A DNA stretch of 63,984 nucleotides, filler included, from Olpidium bornovanus S191 (Eukaryota > Fungi > Olpidiomycota), in the NCBI GenBank assembly GCA_017911155.1. It is 29 parts of 29 records of this genome, joined end to end, with 100 filler letters (N's around TTAATTAATTAA, not from the genome) between each part and the next. Parts side by side here need not be neighbours in the genome. Positions count along the whole stretch, not along the records: positions 48,194 to 50,285 come from JAEFCI010000071.1; positions 50,386 to 53,716 come from JAEFCI010004890.1; positions 53,817 to 55,941 come from JAEFCI010004955.1; positions 56,042 to 57,390 come from JAEFCI010003414.1; positions 57,491 to 58,981 come from JAEFCI010012342.1; positions 59,082 to 61,252 come from JAEFCI010006511.1; 23 more parts are not named here. The stretch is one strand, 5' to 3'. Of the stretch, positions 48,470 to 60,101 are shown one piece after another. Numbering within the stretch: the stretch's first letter is position 1; every line of letters begins with the position of its first letter. The position numbers were made by a program, and so were the translations under genes. The notes beneath the pieces were generated by a model. That model ran no database searches. It was not told the origin of the DNA and saw only the letters and a list, made by a program, of their open reading frames with translations.

Positions 48470-49230
48470 CCACTAATAGAAATCTTTTCGATTCGCTTCC
48501 CAAAGGGCGAAATGGGGACCTGCGAGTGTGCTTGCGGCAAGCTGCAATGCGGCCGAAGCATCGAGATTTCCGACTTCGAGAGCTGAGTCCAGTTTAGTCG
48601 CCCACTCGTCGAGTACCGTCGGCGTAATGGTGACCGGTCCTTTGGTGTTGCCGAGGGTAGGTGCTTTCCGAACAGCGTCTTTGCTATGCCCGTGAGCGAT
48701 GAGGATTGTGGACTTGGAGCTGGAGTTGCAGCCACCGGTGACGCCGGCGGAAATACTGGCGACGTATGCGCGGGCGGAAAAACTGGCGACGTATGCCGAT
48801 ATGCGCCGGTCGAACAGGTCGAACCGCCGTCGTTGTCGCTTGAGCGTCGAAGTAGAAACTTCGTTCGCATTCCTCATCGTCCTCAGCTTGTTGGCGACGT
48901 TGCGCTAGGGCAATAGAGTCGTTCAGGGCGACTTCACTGTCGCTTACGGCCTCAGCGTCGGAGCCGCCATTATCACAGACCTCCTGGAGCACTTCATCCA
49001 GCTCGTGCTCGACCGCTTCTGCACGCTTCTTTTGCTGGTCAGCTTCTTCTTGTGCTTGCAGTTGGTCTTCCTCTGCACGGCGCCTGGCCGTCTCAGCTCG
49101 TTTGGGCTGTGCACGCAGCTCTTCGAGCTCTCGTTGACATCGACGTTCTCCTTGGCGTTTGTGCGGCTACTGCGGAACGCGCCAAAAGCACGGAGTGCTT
49201 TGACGTTGTTGACTTGGTGTCCCAAGGGAA
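48470..49230 (-). mobile_element. Possible retrotransposon gag remnant
   Basis: Coiled-coil segment (RELEELRAQ..EHELDEVLQE), then after frameshifts EWATKLDSALE..LQLAASTLAGP..LW, resembling the gag EW...LE....LA...L.G.A..W pattern. It includes a 27-bp duplication at about 48751-48805. Confidence 0.35.
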
Positions 49231-49598
49231 AGCGCCACGCGCCGTTTCTCGACTTCCGAGTAGTCCTGCTTGCAGGCCGGTGCCTGCCGACGGCCTAAGA
49301 AGGCCTGCCGACGGTCCCGGGCCTTGAAAACGGGTCCTCGTTGCTTGCGGGCCGGTTTGCACCGTCGCCGCCGCTCTCGTCGTCGGAGTCCACACTGCCA
49401 TGGCGATCTTTTTCTGCTCCGGCCAAAAGTCCCTCGCCGGCGGCCTGGCGTCCTCCACGAGCAACGGCAGCCCCTGCGGAGCCCGGCCTCGTCCCCTGCT
49501 GCTCTTTGACTCCCTGCCCCCGGTCGTTGGGCTCATAACCTATCGCACTGTTGGTGTTACTGCGGACGGTTTTCTTTTGTCGTGTATTTCTTGCACAG

Positions 49599-49767
49599 CG
49601 GCGGAATCTGCGTATTTGCACCGGTTCCTCCATTGCAACCGACCCTCAAGGATTTGGAGCGGGCCTATGCTAACTTCTTTGCCAAACGAGCCGATTTCCC
49701 GCGCTTCAAGAAGAAAGGCCAGTCCAACAGCTTCCGCTACTCCGACCCGAAACAGATTAAACTCGAG
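49599..49767 (+). mobile_element. tnpB: Fragment of a bacterial-type IS200/IS605 TnpB (OrfB)
   Basis: 49618-49767 encodes APVPPLQPTLKDLERAYANFFAKRADFPRFKKKGQSNSFRYSDPKQIKLE. This matches the proteobacterial TnpB signature LQQ.LKDLERAY.NFF.KRA.FPRFKK.GQ.D.FRYP. No RuvC region is present. Confidence 0.85.
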
Positions 49768-50513
49768 GTAAATGCCAGAGCATCAAATCATCCATCGAAC
49801 GTTCTTGTAATAGATAAAGCTAAGCAATTGGAGAATCCTGTTCTGAAGTGTGAGAAGCTAGGAAAATGGGAGCAATGCATTATGCAATATTGATGATGCT
49901 CTTCTATGGGGGACTTCGACGCACGTTTCAGTACCTTGCGAGTGAAAAGGCTCTAAAGACATTTTTCCTGCTGAAAGATCCAATTCCAACCTACTAGCAA
50001 GTAATTTTGAACGAGTTAGTTCCTCAGAAAAATTAAGATAAGACTCAGCACGATCAAAACGAATTTTTTGTGGCGACGGCAACCAGAGCCGCACGCGATG
50101 AGTCTGACTGTTTCATCGTTTCAGACAAAGAGGTGCTTGGTTTAGGTTCCTCATTTTGTGAGGTGGGAAGGCTTGTTTCAAGAGCGAGAGAGACTGACTG
50201 ATTTTTAGGATCTAAAGTTATATTTTGATCCAAATCTTCGCGGGAATCAGCAAGTTGACCGGAGGATGAATGCCGGCCAACCATGNNNNNNNNNNNNNNN
50301 NNNNNNNNNNNNNNNNNNNNNNNNNNNNNTTAATTAATTAANNNNNNNNNNNNNNNNNNNNNNNNNNNNNNNNNNNNNNNNNNNNCATGTTTTGCCGCTG
50401 TCGAAGTCCCTCTTGGATTACATGTTCCAATTCTTCTCTACCGAGGCGCGGCACTTTCGCTTTCGGCTACGGCCGGCATCTCGGCGGACGTCGCGTGGAA
50501 ATCGGACCCGTTC

Positions 50514-51103
50514 TTACATTAAGGCCTCTTTGGCCTTGCCTTTCGCTTCGCGCGTCAGCATATCCTGAATGCGGTTGCTTCTTCGCCGCAGTTCCTCTGG
50601 ACAGAGAAAATCGTTTCAACGCTGTCCACCCAAAATCAACCCGCACGCCGCGCCGCCGCAAACGCTTGCCTTCCAGGAGCTGCTTATCGTCTTTCTCTTT
50701 CCGCAAGAGCGCTTTCACAGCCAACACAGCCTTCTCGTGGTCTGCCTTCCCGCCCGCGTTAGCCCACAGCAGATGCCAGATCACCGAACTCGGCTCGCCC
50801 GACCGCACCTTTGGCTGCCTTTTGATACTCCTCGCACCTCCGAGTGAGCACCGCCAAGGCATGCCCTACAGCGCAGGAACCCAACGTTAAACAAGCACAG
50901 TTTCGACTCCGTTGCGCCCGCGCGCCCCGTCGACGGCCCGGAAGACAGCGCGACGATCCGGAAAATATTTCTGCCGCGACACCTTTGACGATCTCGGTGC
51001 CCGTCTTCGCCTCCGCCGGATCGCCGGCGGCCTTGAACGGCGGCGCCGGCGCATCCGGCCGCGGAGCTTCGCCGCTGTTCCGAGGAACGCCGCCGCCGGG
51101 CAT
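50514..51103 (-). CDS. Hypothetical coiled-coil protein, multi-exon, 3' truncated
   Basis: Spliced reading AVLTRRCEEYQKAAK|DHEKAVLAVKALLRKEKDDKQLLE|EELRRRSNRIQDMLTREAKGKAKEAL. ATG at 51103. Confidence 0.5.
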
Positions 51104-51390
51104 TCCGCCTTGCCTCCGACAGTTCCGGTCAGGGCGCGCGAGGAGGCCGTCCGACACGCAGCGCCGCAGCATCGTTTTGTTGCGCGTTCGCCGTTCTGGG
51201 ATCGGCCGGTCGGCCGGTCGGTCGGTCGGTCGGTGGAACGGGGGAAAGAAAAGCTGCTTCGCCCCCACGCGAGGACGCCGCCGGCGGGCTTCGTCGCTCG
51301 CTCGTCGCCGGGGACTCCCCCTCCCCCCCCGGCCGGCATCGGGGAAACCTTGGAAGCTCCGCTCCCCCTGCGCAGGACCTGCCCGACGCC

Positions 51391-53716
51391 ATGTCCTGTT
51401 ACGTCCACGTCGCAGAAAACCCGCGGAGGCTTGCCCTCCGCGCCAAGGCCGCCGTTCTGTGCGTGGGCTGCCTGCCGCAGGCAGACACCGGCGACCGCAC
51501 GGTGAGCTGCACCGCTCGCCTGGAACCGCGGGAGTCGGCCGAAGTCCAAAAATGGCCGCTTCTGATCTCGCAGCTCGTCTACGGCTGTCTCGGAATCATC
51601 TCCACCGTGGACGGTGAGAGAGTGGAGCGGGACGGGGAGGGGGGGGGGCATCGTTGGGAGGTGGGAGGAAGGCTGCGCCGGCTTGCGAAACGCAAGCGCA
51701 TGCAGAAAACGGCACCGCAAAAGCTGAAATGATACCGTTGAAAAAACGGCGCGCGGCGGGATCTAGACGTCTTTATCGCGTTCATAACCGCCGTTCAAGA
51801 CGTTGGTTTGATCGGCGATGGAGAACGCGTCAATCGCATTGTCGGCGTCGGCTTCTACTCGCTGTTGTCGGACAAATACGACAAGTTCGACGTGTACATG
51901 CCGAGGCCGATGACGACGTCGGGAATGGCGGTGGACGATTCCCAGATCGAGGAGCCCTTCGAGGAACAGGCGGTGATGGTCAACCCGTGCGCCAACCTGC
52001 AGAAGCTGCTCTGCAACGGCCACTTTTACTTCTCCACGACCTTCGACCTGACCAGAAGCCTTCAAGCAAGGTTTGGGATATGGCGGGGGCGAGGTCTGAG
52101 GCGGAGGCCCTCCCTCCCCGCACCACTGCCCTCGTGGGGGGTTTGGGCGGTTTTGCAGAGACCTTGTTCCGAAGGGGCTTGTCCCATTGACCACACTCCC
52201 CGGACACGCAGGAGCGCGGCGTCTGTCACGACGTTGGAATCGTTCGACCCGCTTTTCCTTTGGAACGAATACATGGTTCGGGGCCTGCTCGACTTTCGAT
52301 CGTCGCTGGCCGATCGGGAACAAGCGGCCTTTGACCAGTCCGGCTTTCTTGTACGGGTAAACCCCCTTCCCGTTCCCCAACCCCCCCGACTACGGGCCGG
52401 GGAAGGGGGGGGGGGGGTAGGGATGGGGCGTGCTGTCGGTTCTCTCTTCCTCCCTCTCGTCCCCGCTGAATACCGTTTTTTTGCGCTTCAGGTATCAGCG
52501 ATACAAGGCTTTGCGGCGGTGAGAAACGTTCAACTTCAGAAAGAGGTCGTCCGCGTCGCCGTGTTATCCAGATTGAGCTGCATGCGGGCAGGTTTGTTGG
52601 GCCGCCGCCGGTTGGGTTGGGGGGGAGGGGGGAAGGGAGGCGGGGGCTTTCAACGCAATTGCTCTTACCACTCCCCCCCCCTTCGCGCCATGTGTTTGCT
52701 TGACATTCTGCTTCCGAGCTCAGGCACCAGGTTCAACACACGCGGCGTGGATGACAACGGCAGCGTGGCGAATTTTGTAGAGGTCAGTGGTGACCTTGGA
52801 GGGACTCCCCTGTGTACTCGCGCGTAAAAAAAGAGCCGTGTTTTATATTCCCTCCGAACCGCGCGGCGCCCTTTGCCCGTGGGTTTTTTTTTTTTTTTTT
52901 TTTTTGCTTTGTGCGGCATCAGACAGAAGTTTTGGTCTACATGCGGGGGTTCGTGCTCTCGTCCGTCCAGATCAGGGGAAGCGTTCCAGGTCAGTCGTGC
53001 GCTTGCGAAGACCCCCCCCCCTCTCCCCCCTCCCCGCTTCTCTCTCTCTCTCTCTTTCCTCCCTACCGTTGGCGACGGAGGAAAAAAAACTGGCGTGCGC
53101 GTTAGCCGGTTAATTGTCTTTGATATGGGCGCATCTTTAAGTTTTCTGGGAGCAGCAGGTATTCAAAATCATTGCGTGCGCGTTCCCGTTCCAATGGCGA
53201 CTTTGAAAACAATCGGTTTTTAGGCGGGGCAGGGCGAGGCGGGGGTTGTGTTGGTGGCGCGGAGCCGGCTATCGAGAAGTTTACATTTGTACGCCGACCA
53301 CTCCCACCCCCAACCCGCTCCCCACCCTTCCCCACCGCCCCTGCCTTCCCCCCTGCCTTTCGCTCGATCTTTCTTAGGGTCTTCAAGTCATGGCTCACAA
53401 GATCCAGATCTCCCGGGGAGCGGCCGCGACGCAGCCGGCGGTCGACCGGCATTTCGCCCAACTGATTGCGCGGTACCAGCAAGTGCACATCGTGAATCTC
53501 CTGTCGCAGAAGGAGGGCAGCGGCGAGCTCACCCTGAGCGACGCCTTCACGGCGCACGTGGCGCAGATCGAGCCGGAGCTGCGCGACAGGGCGGACATGA
53601 CAACCTTCGACTTCCACGCGGCGTGCAGGGGCGGCAGCTTCGACAACGTCGCGATTCTAATGAAGGAACTCGAAGAGCCGATCGAGGTGTACGGCGCCAG
53701 CCTGATGGACGTCTCC
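51391..53716 (+). CDS. Synaptojanin-like phosphoinositide phosphatase (Inp51/52/53 family), SacI domain, 3' truncated
   Basis: [98 protein letters not shown] and FDFH. Confidence 0.93.
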
Positions 53717-54324
53717 NNNNNNNNNNNNNNNNNNNNNNNNNNNNNNNNNNNNNNNNNNNNTTAATTAATTAANNNNNNNNNNNNNNNNNNNNNNNNNNNN
53801 NNNNNNNNNNNNNNNNTCCCTTGGTTCCCCGCCCCCCACCGACCCCTCCTCACACTCGTCCATCGCGTGTCCGTCCGTCCGCTCCAGACGGCGCTCCGCA
53901 GAAAGAATAAGAAAACAAGGAAAAAACGACTCCATGGGCAATTGGTGGGTCGCCGGTGCGCCGGTCTGAGCCTTTTCAAAGGCAGAACGGTCTAGCAAAT
54001 CGATTCTACTACGCAAAAAAAAAAAAAACGCGAGGGAAAAAAGATAATGCGAAAATGCCAGGTATGTATGCCTCGTAAAAAGCGGAACGGTCTAACAAGA
54101 TCGAATTCTTCCGCGCATAAAAAATAAAACGTGAGCAAAAAAAATTCGAAAATGAAAAAGAAACCGAATCTGCTGCTACGGCGCAAATTCGAGGGAATCG
54201 ATGGAATCTGAGAGTGGGGGCGGGGGGGGGGGCCGGGAAACGCGGAAAAAAGCGGGTCAGCTGCCCGGAAACTCGAAAAAGAAAACAATAAAAAACCGAC
54301 CCTGCGCAAAACAACACCGAAACC

Positions 54325-55896
54325 CATCTTTTTTGGGGTTTCCAACGCACCTCTGAACGGATCGCGTTCCTCCTCGTCGTCTTGTTCGGGACGGCGCGAC
54401 GCGCATTTGAGATCTCGAGCGCGGTCGTCGTCGCCGTCGTAGTAGTAGTCGTCGAACGGCCGGCGGGCCGCGAGGAGCTTGTCGGACGTCCGGCGGGCCG
54501 CGGGAAAGTCATCGCGGCTGTCACGGTAGTCCGCTTCGGACGGCCGGGGCGGCGTGAAACGGGCGGGAGCGGCCGAGGGCGGTTCGGCCGAAACGGGGGC
54601 TTCTTCGGCGGCCAACGACGCGGGCGCCGGGCGGGCGCGCGGCCGCGCCGCGGACGTGTCGATCAGTCCCGGAATTCGGAAATGCTCCCCGCCGTTCCGC
54701 AAAACCCTCGGAGCGTCCGGGGGCGCTGCCGGCGGCGTCCGCCGCCCCGGCTGGCCACCCCGGTCGGCCTCCTCCTCCAAATTTCGGGACGGGGGCATCG
54801 GCCGGAAACCGCCGTCCGCCTCGGAGCTCGCGCCCGGGGGACCGCTCGAGCGGTCGTCTCCGACCTTGCCGCCCGACGCGGACGACGCCCACGCGGTCTT
54901 GAGCCGCGAGTATTCCTCGTAGGAAAGGTCGCCCCCTTCAACTTCCTCCGGCGGGCAGCAGGCCGAGAAGGAACTGCCGGTCCGGCTCGGGCGGCGCGCA
55001 AAGGGCGCATCGGGGGCAGGTTCGGGACGCCCGCCGCGTTCGACGCTTCGCTCGGAAGCGCGGCGGCCGTTCGCGTCGGCGTGCAGCCGGAGGTCGCCGG
55101 GGGGCGGAACGCCGAAGCCGGGCGGCGGGTGGTCGCGCAGGCTCGTGGGCCGCTCGGCCGCGGACAGGCGGCGGATCTTTTTTTCGGGATCCGACGAGTC
55201 CCAGGGCACGCGGCGGCGCGCCCGCACGCGGCGGCGCCAGCGGTACCCCGCGTACGCGACCGCGGCGAGCGCGAGCGCACCGGCGACAGCGACGACCGCG
55301 ATCACGGCGGCGGCGCCGGCCGAATCGGGCGCGGGGCCGGGCAAGCACTGCGCGCCGCCGGCGCACGGAGCTTGGGGATCGTTCGGCTGGGGGGAGCAGG
55401 CGGGGCCGGAGTCGCACGGTCCGTCGCCGGGGCACCCGCTTTCCTCCCCCGGCGGACACGGCGGCCGGCTCGCGTCGCCGGCGCCGGCGCCGCCGCTGCC
55501 GCTGGGGAAGGCTGCGACGGCTAGCGGCGCCGGCGGTCCGGCCGCCGCGGAAGGAAAAAGCGAGAGCGGGATCTGCGCCGGCAATTCGTGAGGCGCGGCG
55601 TGCGGCGGCGGCGCGCGGCTGTCCGGCTCCGGCAGGGGCTCGGGCTCCGGGCGGTCCGCAGGAGAGCGGTCGGCGGAGGCGACGCGCGGCGCTCCCGAGG
55701 GCGCGGGTTGCCTTGTCAGTGCAGACGGGTCGGGCTTTCCGGGGCGGCTGCCGCGGCGGTCGGGGTCGGGGGCGCGGTCGTCGCCGCCGTCGAGCGGACG
55801 GGCGCGGCGCCTGGGGTCGTCTGGGCTGTCGTGCGGGGGCGGGCGGTGGGGGCGCTGCGAGGCGAGGTGGGCGCGGCGGTCGCCGTCGTCGTCCAT
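54325..55896 (-). CDS. Hypothetical single-pass membrane protein (Pro-rich/Cys-cluster ectodomain, long cytoplasmic tail), 5' truncated
   Basis: Open frame of about 520 codons. It has six Cys in PCPPGEESGCPGDGPCDSGPACS..PCAGGAQCLPG, a TM segment AAAVIAVVAVAGALALAAVAYAGY, and a basic stop-transfer RWRRRVRARRR. Confidence 0.6.
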
Positions 55897-55927
<31 letters not shown>

Positions 55928-57297
55928 GGAGGAGGGGGAGANNNNNNNNNNNNNNNNNNNNNNNNNNNNNNNNNNNNNNNNNNNNTTAATTAATTAANNN
56001 NNNNNNNNNNNNNNNNNNNNNNNNNNNNNNNNNNNNNNNNNCATGGGCATCGCGCTTACTCGGTCCTGAATCTCCATTTTTAATGCTCTCGAGTCGGTTA
56101 TCGCGAAGAAGCGAATGAAATCCACACTGATTAAATTTTTTGCATCGTTCGCACGACGTGTAAGGTTGCATTGCGGGCTCCAAGCGCCCCAACCCGAACC
56201 GGCCCTACCACCGGGACCCTAACCTCTGTCACCGTACCCATCTTAATCCTGACACCTGCGACCGCAGCCTAACGGTAACGGCAGGCGCTAGACCTTGGGC
56301 CCATATCGTTCATGCAACACAAATTTGCGGGAGGGGAAAAATACAAATGGCCTTTTGATTTGCGATTTCAGATCTAGCCGGAGGCCTGCGGCCATAAAAC
56401 GCCATCCGCGCACCCGCGCGGCCGGGGACGTATGCAAGCCGCCGGACACCGCCTCCGTTTACATGGCCTGTTTCACATGGCAGGACGTATCAAAAGTAAA
56501 GCGAAGAAAAAAAAATTACGCAGGGAATTTTTTTCCTTTTTTTTGTTATGAATCTGCGTCTATTGTTGTTCCATTACGGGATGCGCGCGCGATGAGAAAA
56601 CTATGGCGGAAGAGCATGGCATTTTAGGGAAAAATGACGGAAAACTGGCGAAAGAATATTGCAGTGCGGTGGCGGGGAAAAAACGGGTAACGACGTGACA
56701 GATCAAAAAAATCGCGGAATGCCTGCAATGTTCGCCGCTCACTGCCCCCCCCCCCCCTTCCCCCCCCCTCCCTACACCCGCGCACTCATATTGATCCCGG
56801 TCCGCATGCGCTTTGTTACAGATCTTCCGCCGCCCTCGCATGGCTCCGTTCCGCGCAGCCGACCCCCGCAATGCCCTCCGTCTGGCAACCCTCCCGTCTC
56901 CGCGGCCGGAAAGCGGGTGCTTCGAAAACGAGCATAGGCGTCCCCGAAAGAATTTCACCCACCTGGAGGAGCAATTTACGAATCAGTAGGGAACCGCTCG
57001 AAACTTCCCAGCGGAAATGAACAAAAGAAAACAGGAGGGGCGGAACCGCTAAGGGTGATTTGCCGGCCGTTTTCGCCGCGGGCGCGCAAGCACGCCGCCA
57101 AGGCGTGATGCGTCCAAACAGCGCTGGGAACTGGGCAGGGTGGGGGAGCGCGGCCCACTTTTTTTTTTTCCATTTCTTTAATCCTGGCCGGCGCAGACAG
57201 GGTTAACCCTGTCTCGTGCGGCGGAGGGTGACAGCGCGAGAGCGCGGAGACGGAGCGAGCGCTGCAACGAAGAAAGACAGAGAAAGAGCGAGAGAGA

Positions 57298-57311
<14 letters not shown>

Positions 57312-57390
<79 letters not shown>
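57312..57390 (+). repeat. (GA)n microsatellite running into the contig end
   Basis: About 40 uninterrupted GA units preceded by a (CG)n run. Confidence 0.95.
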
Positions 57391-57700
57391 NNNNNNNNNN
57401 NNNNNNNNNNNNNNNNNNNNNNNNNNNNNNNNNNTTAATTAATTAANNNNNNNNNNNNNNNNNNNNNNNNNNNNNNNNNNNNNNNNNNNNCCGCAAGTGT
57501 TTCTGAAAAAAACAGGCCACCCCCCTTTCCCCGCCCCTTGCGGGCCCACCACTCGTTGCCAAAAAAAATAAATAAAAAACAATTGAGAACATGAGGGGGG
57601 TTTTTTTTTTTCCCCTCCTCGGTTTTCTTCTCTCGGAGGAAGAAAGTGGGGGTAAACGGGAGGTTTTTTTTTCTTTTTTTTCTTTTTTTTTTTTTTTTTT

Positions 57701-57747
<47 letters not shown>

Positions 57748-59081
57748 TGGCCGGGAGGGCCAATCCCGGCTCGTAGGGCCCTGTGGAAGAAGGGCCAACC
57801 GGGCCTCTCTCTGATCCTCTCCGCCATCAAAACTTTTTTTTGCCGGGGGGCCGGGTCAGAAACGCCGAGTGGTTCCGCCGCGCATCCGCCGGCGCGCGTC
57901 CCGGCAGGCTTTCCGAGTCCCCGCCCGAACGCGGCCGCCGCCGCCGCAACGCCCGCGAGCGCGGCGGCGGCAGCAGCGGCAGCGGAGTCCGCGCCCGCGG
58001 CGGGGTCGAGGTCGGGAACGGACGGAACGCGTTGAAAATACCACCACGGGCGGGTGTTCCTTTTTTTTTTTTTTTTTTTTTTTTTTCTTTGGCGGCGAAT
58101 CAACCGGTTGAAACGTACAATAGAGCGCGGGGGGGAAAAGGCGGGGGTGGGCGGGGGGCGGGGTGTGGACATTTCCTCAGAAACGCTTCCCCGCGCCGAC
58201 CTCCCGGTTCGGCGAGGAGCGGCCCGGGATTTGCGGCAAAAAAAAGTAGTACATGATGGGGGGGGGGGTTCGATGAGCGCCCGCCCGCCCCGGGGGGTGT
58301 TACAAGATCGTTCGCTAATTATGCAAACTGGAATATCTGGGCGTGCTAATGACCAGAAAAAAAGTCTACAGCGGCAAAAGACAAAAAAAAAAAAAAAAAA
58401 AAAAGAAAAAAGAAAGTAGATGGGGCGCGGAACGAGATCCGCTTTACGCGAACGAGTTCGCGGCAGACGCGGCGCGGCAAATGGTTGGTGGCGTTCACCG
58501 TCGTCGACATCGTGCCCGCGCGCTTTCGCTTTCGCACGGGGGCCGCGCGGGCTCCTCGGCGCCCGCGCGAGAACCTGCGTCCCGCGGAATTTCCCCGGGC
58601 CCCGCGCAAAGCGAGGCGGGCTCCTCGCCGGCCTCTTCGCGCGCGCAGCCTTCTTCTTCTTCTTCTTCTCCTCCTTCGCCCGCCGGCACTCCGCCCGGGT
58701 CGTCCGCGACCTCGACGAGACTGAACGTGACGACGAAAAACACCCGAGACCTGTCCCGGGTCTGGCAGACGTAACGCAGCCCTTGCCCGTCCTTTTTTTT
58801 TTTTTTTTTTTCGTTTTTGTTGAAAGGCGGAAGGAAGGGGGGGGGGGGAGACAAGCGGGTGCGCGTGAGCGAAGAAGACAGGGGCCGACGGCGGCATCCG
58901 CGCGGGCGCCTGTCGTTCGTTTCCGAACGACCCCCCCCCCCCCCCACCCCCCCCCCCCCCCGGGGGCCCCCCGGCCGCCCCNNNNNNNNNNNNNNNNNNN
59001 NNNNNNNNNNNNNNNNNNNNNNNNNTTAATTAATTAANNNNNNNNNNNNNNNNNNNNNNNNNNNNNNNNNNNNNNNNNNNN

Positions 59082-59946
59082 CATGACTTTGCCGTAGTAT
59101 CGTAGCTTGGCCTGTCAGGTGGTTTGTTGCCAAGGCAGTCGTCTCCTGGCTGGATAAGCTTGCTTGTTCTGCGGCTGCTTCAAGCCTACTTACGAAATTG
59201 GTGAGGGCTGCCGCCCCTCCTGAACCGAATAAGCTCGGGACCGCTCCCAACGTGGCTCTCGCCAGTAGGCGGTTTCGGGTCTCCTTAAGCTCGTCGTCGT
59301 CAATAAGTGTCTTCGCGTGCTCGGGTGCTCCCGGAGGAACCTCTCTCGACGTGTTCTTTGTGAACTGGCTCGGCGGCGTCGTCATGTTCGGCGTTGCCAC
59401 CGCGCTCTGCGTTACCGTCGTGCTCCTCTGGCTTTGGCGTCCGCTCCTCCGTCTTCCTGCGCTCTGAGTGCGGTCTCCAGCATTCTGGAGTGCTCTTCTG
59501 CCGTGACTAGGCGGAGTCAAAGGTCTTTCATTTCCCTTTGCCGCTACCTTTTCTCGTCCTCCTGTTCGCGGCGCTTCCGGAGGCGCTTGGAGTGAGTCCG
59601 CAATTCATAGGCGGGAGATGCGTGAGACCGTTGACACCGCGGTGCCGGCTCCCCGGGTTCATAACCTGGTTGCGGTCTTGGAGCCGGGCAGGAAGGAGAA
59701 TACGGGGACGCAGCGAGCGCGTGAGGAGGAGACGAAAAAAGGAGCGGTCCTCGCAAAATTCCTTTTCCATCTCTGCACCAGGTCTGTCTAGATTACATAG
59801 AAACCTCTTAGGGAACTAACTCTCTGCAAAAGGGGCGAAGTAGACTTATGTGCGCGTCCGGTGCGCCCGCGGCCTCTCAGCCTGTCGGGCCCCCCTTAAT
59901 TTCCCGCCGGGGGGGTTTTTTTTTTTTCTCACGAATCATTAAGACA
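59082..59946 (-). mobile_element. LTR retrotransposon 5' end: candidate LTR, PBS and gag start
   Basis: The minus-strand LTR 59946-59785 is bounded by TGTCT...AGACA. TGGTGCAGAG follows 4 nt later. The gag-like frame reads LFGSGGAAALTNFVSRLEAAAEQASLSSQETTALATNHLTGQA. Confidence 0.5.
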
Positions 59947-60101
59947 ACCCGGAATCACGGAATCCTGCTATAGAGCAAAGAGCGGTTGGCGACCTTGGCG
60001 GTCACGTGATCACAAAACAGCGGAGCCCCGCTCCACGCCGCTCCCAGACGGAAACCACCGAAAATAGAAAGCGGCCCCGTCCCGTCGTCCCGTTGTCCCC
60101 T

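Noticed and set aside
49599-50285. Complete Fanzor/TnpB RNA-guided system
   Set aside because: Only about 50 aa are present. No RuvC motifs, zinc finger, transposon ends or recognisable omega-RNA follow.
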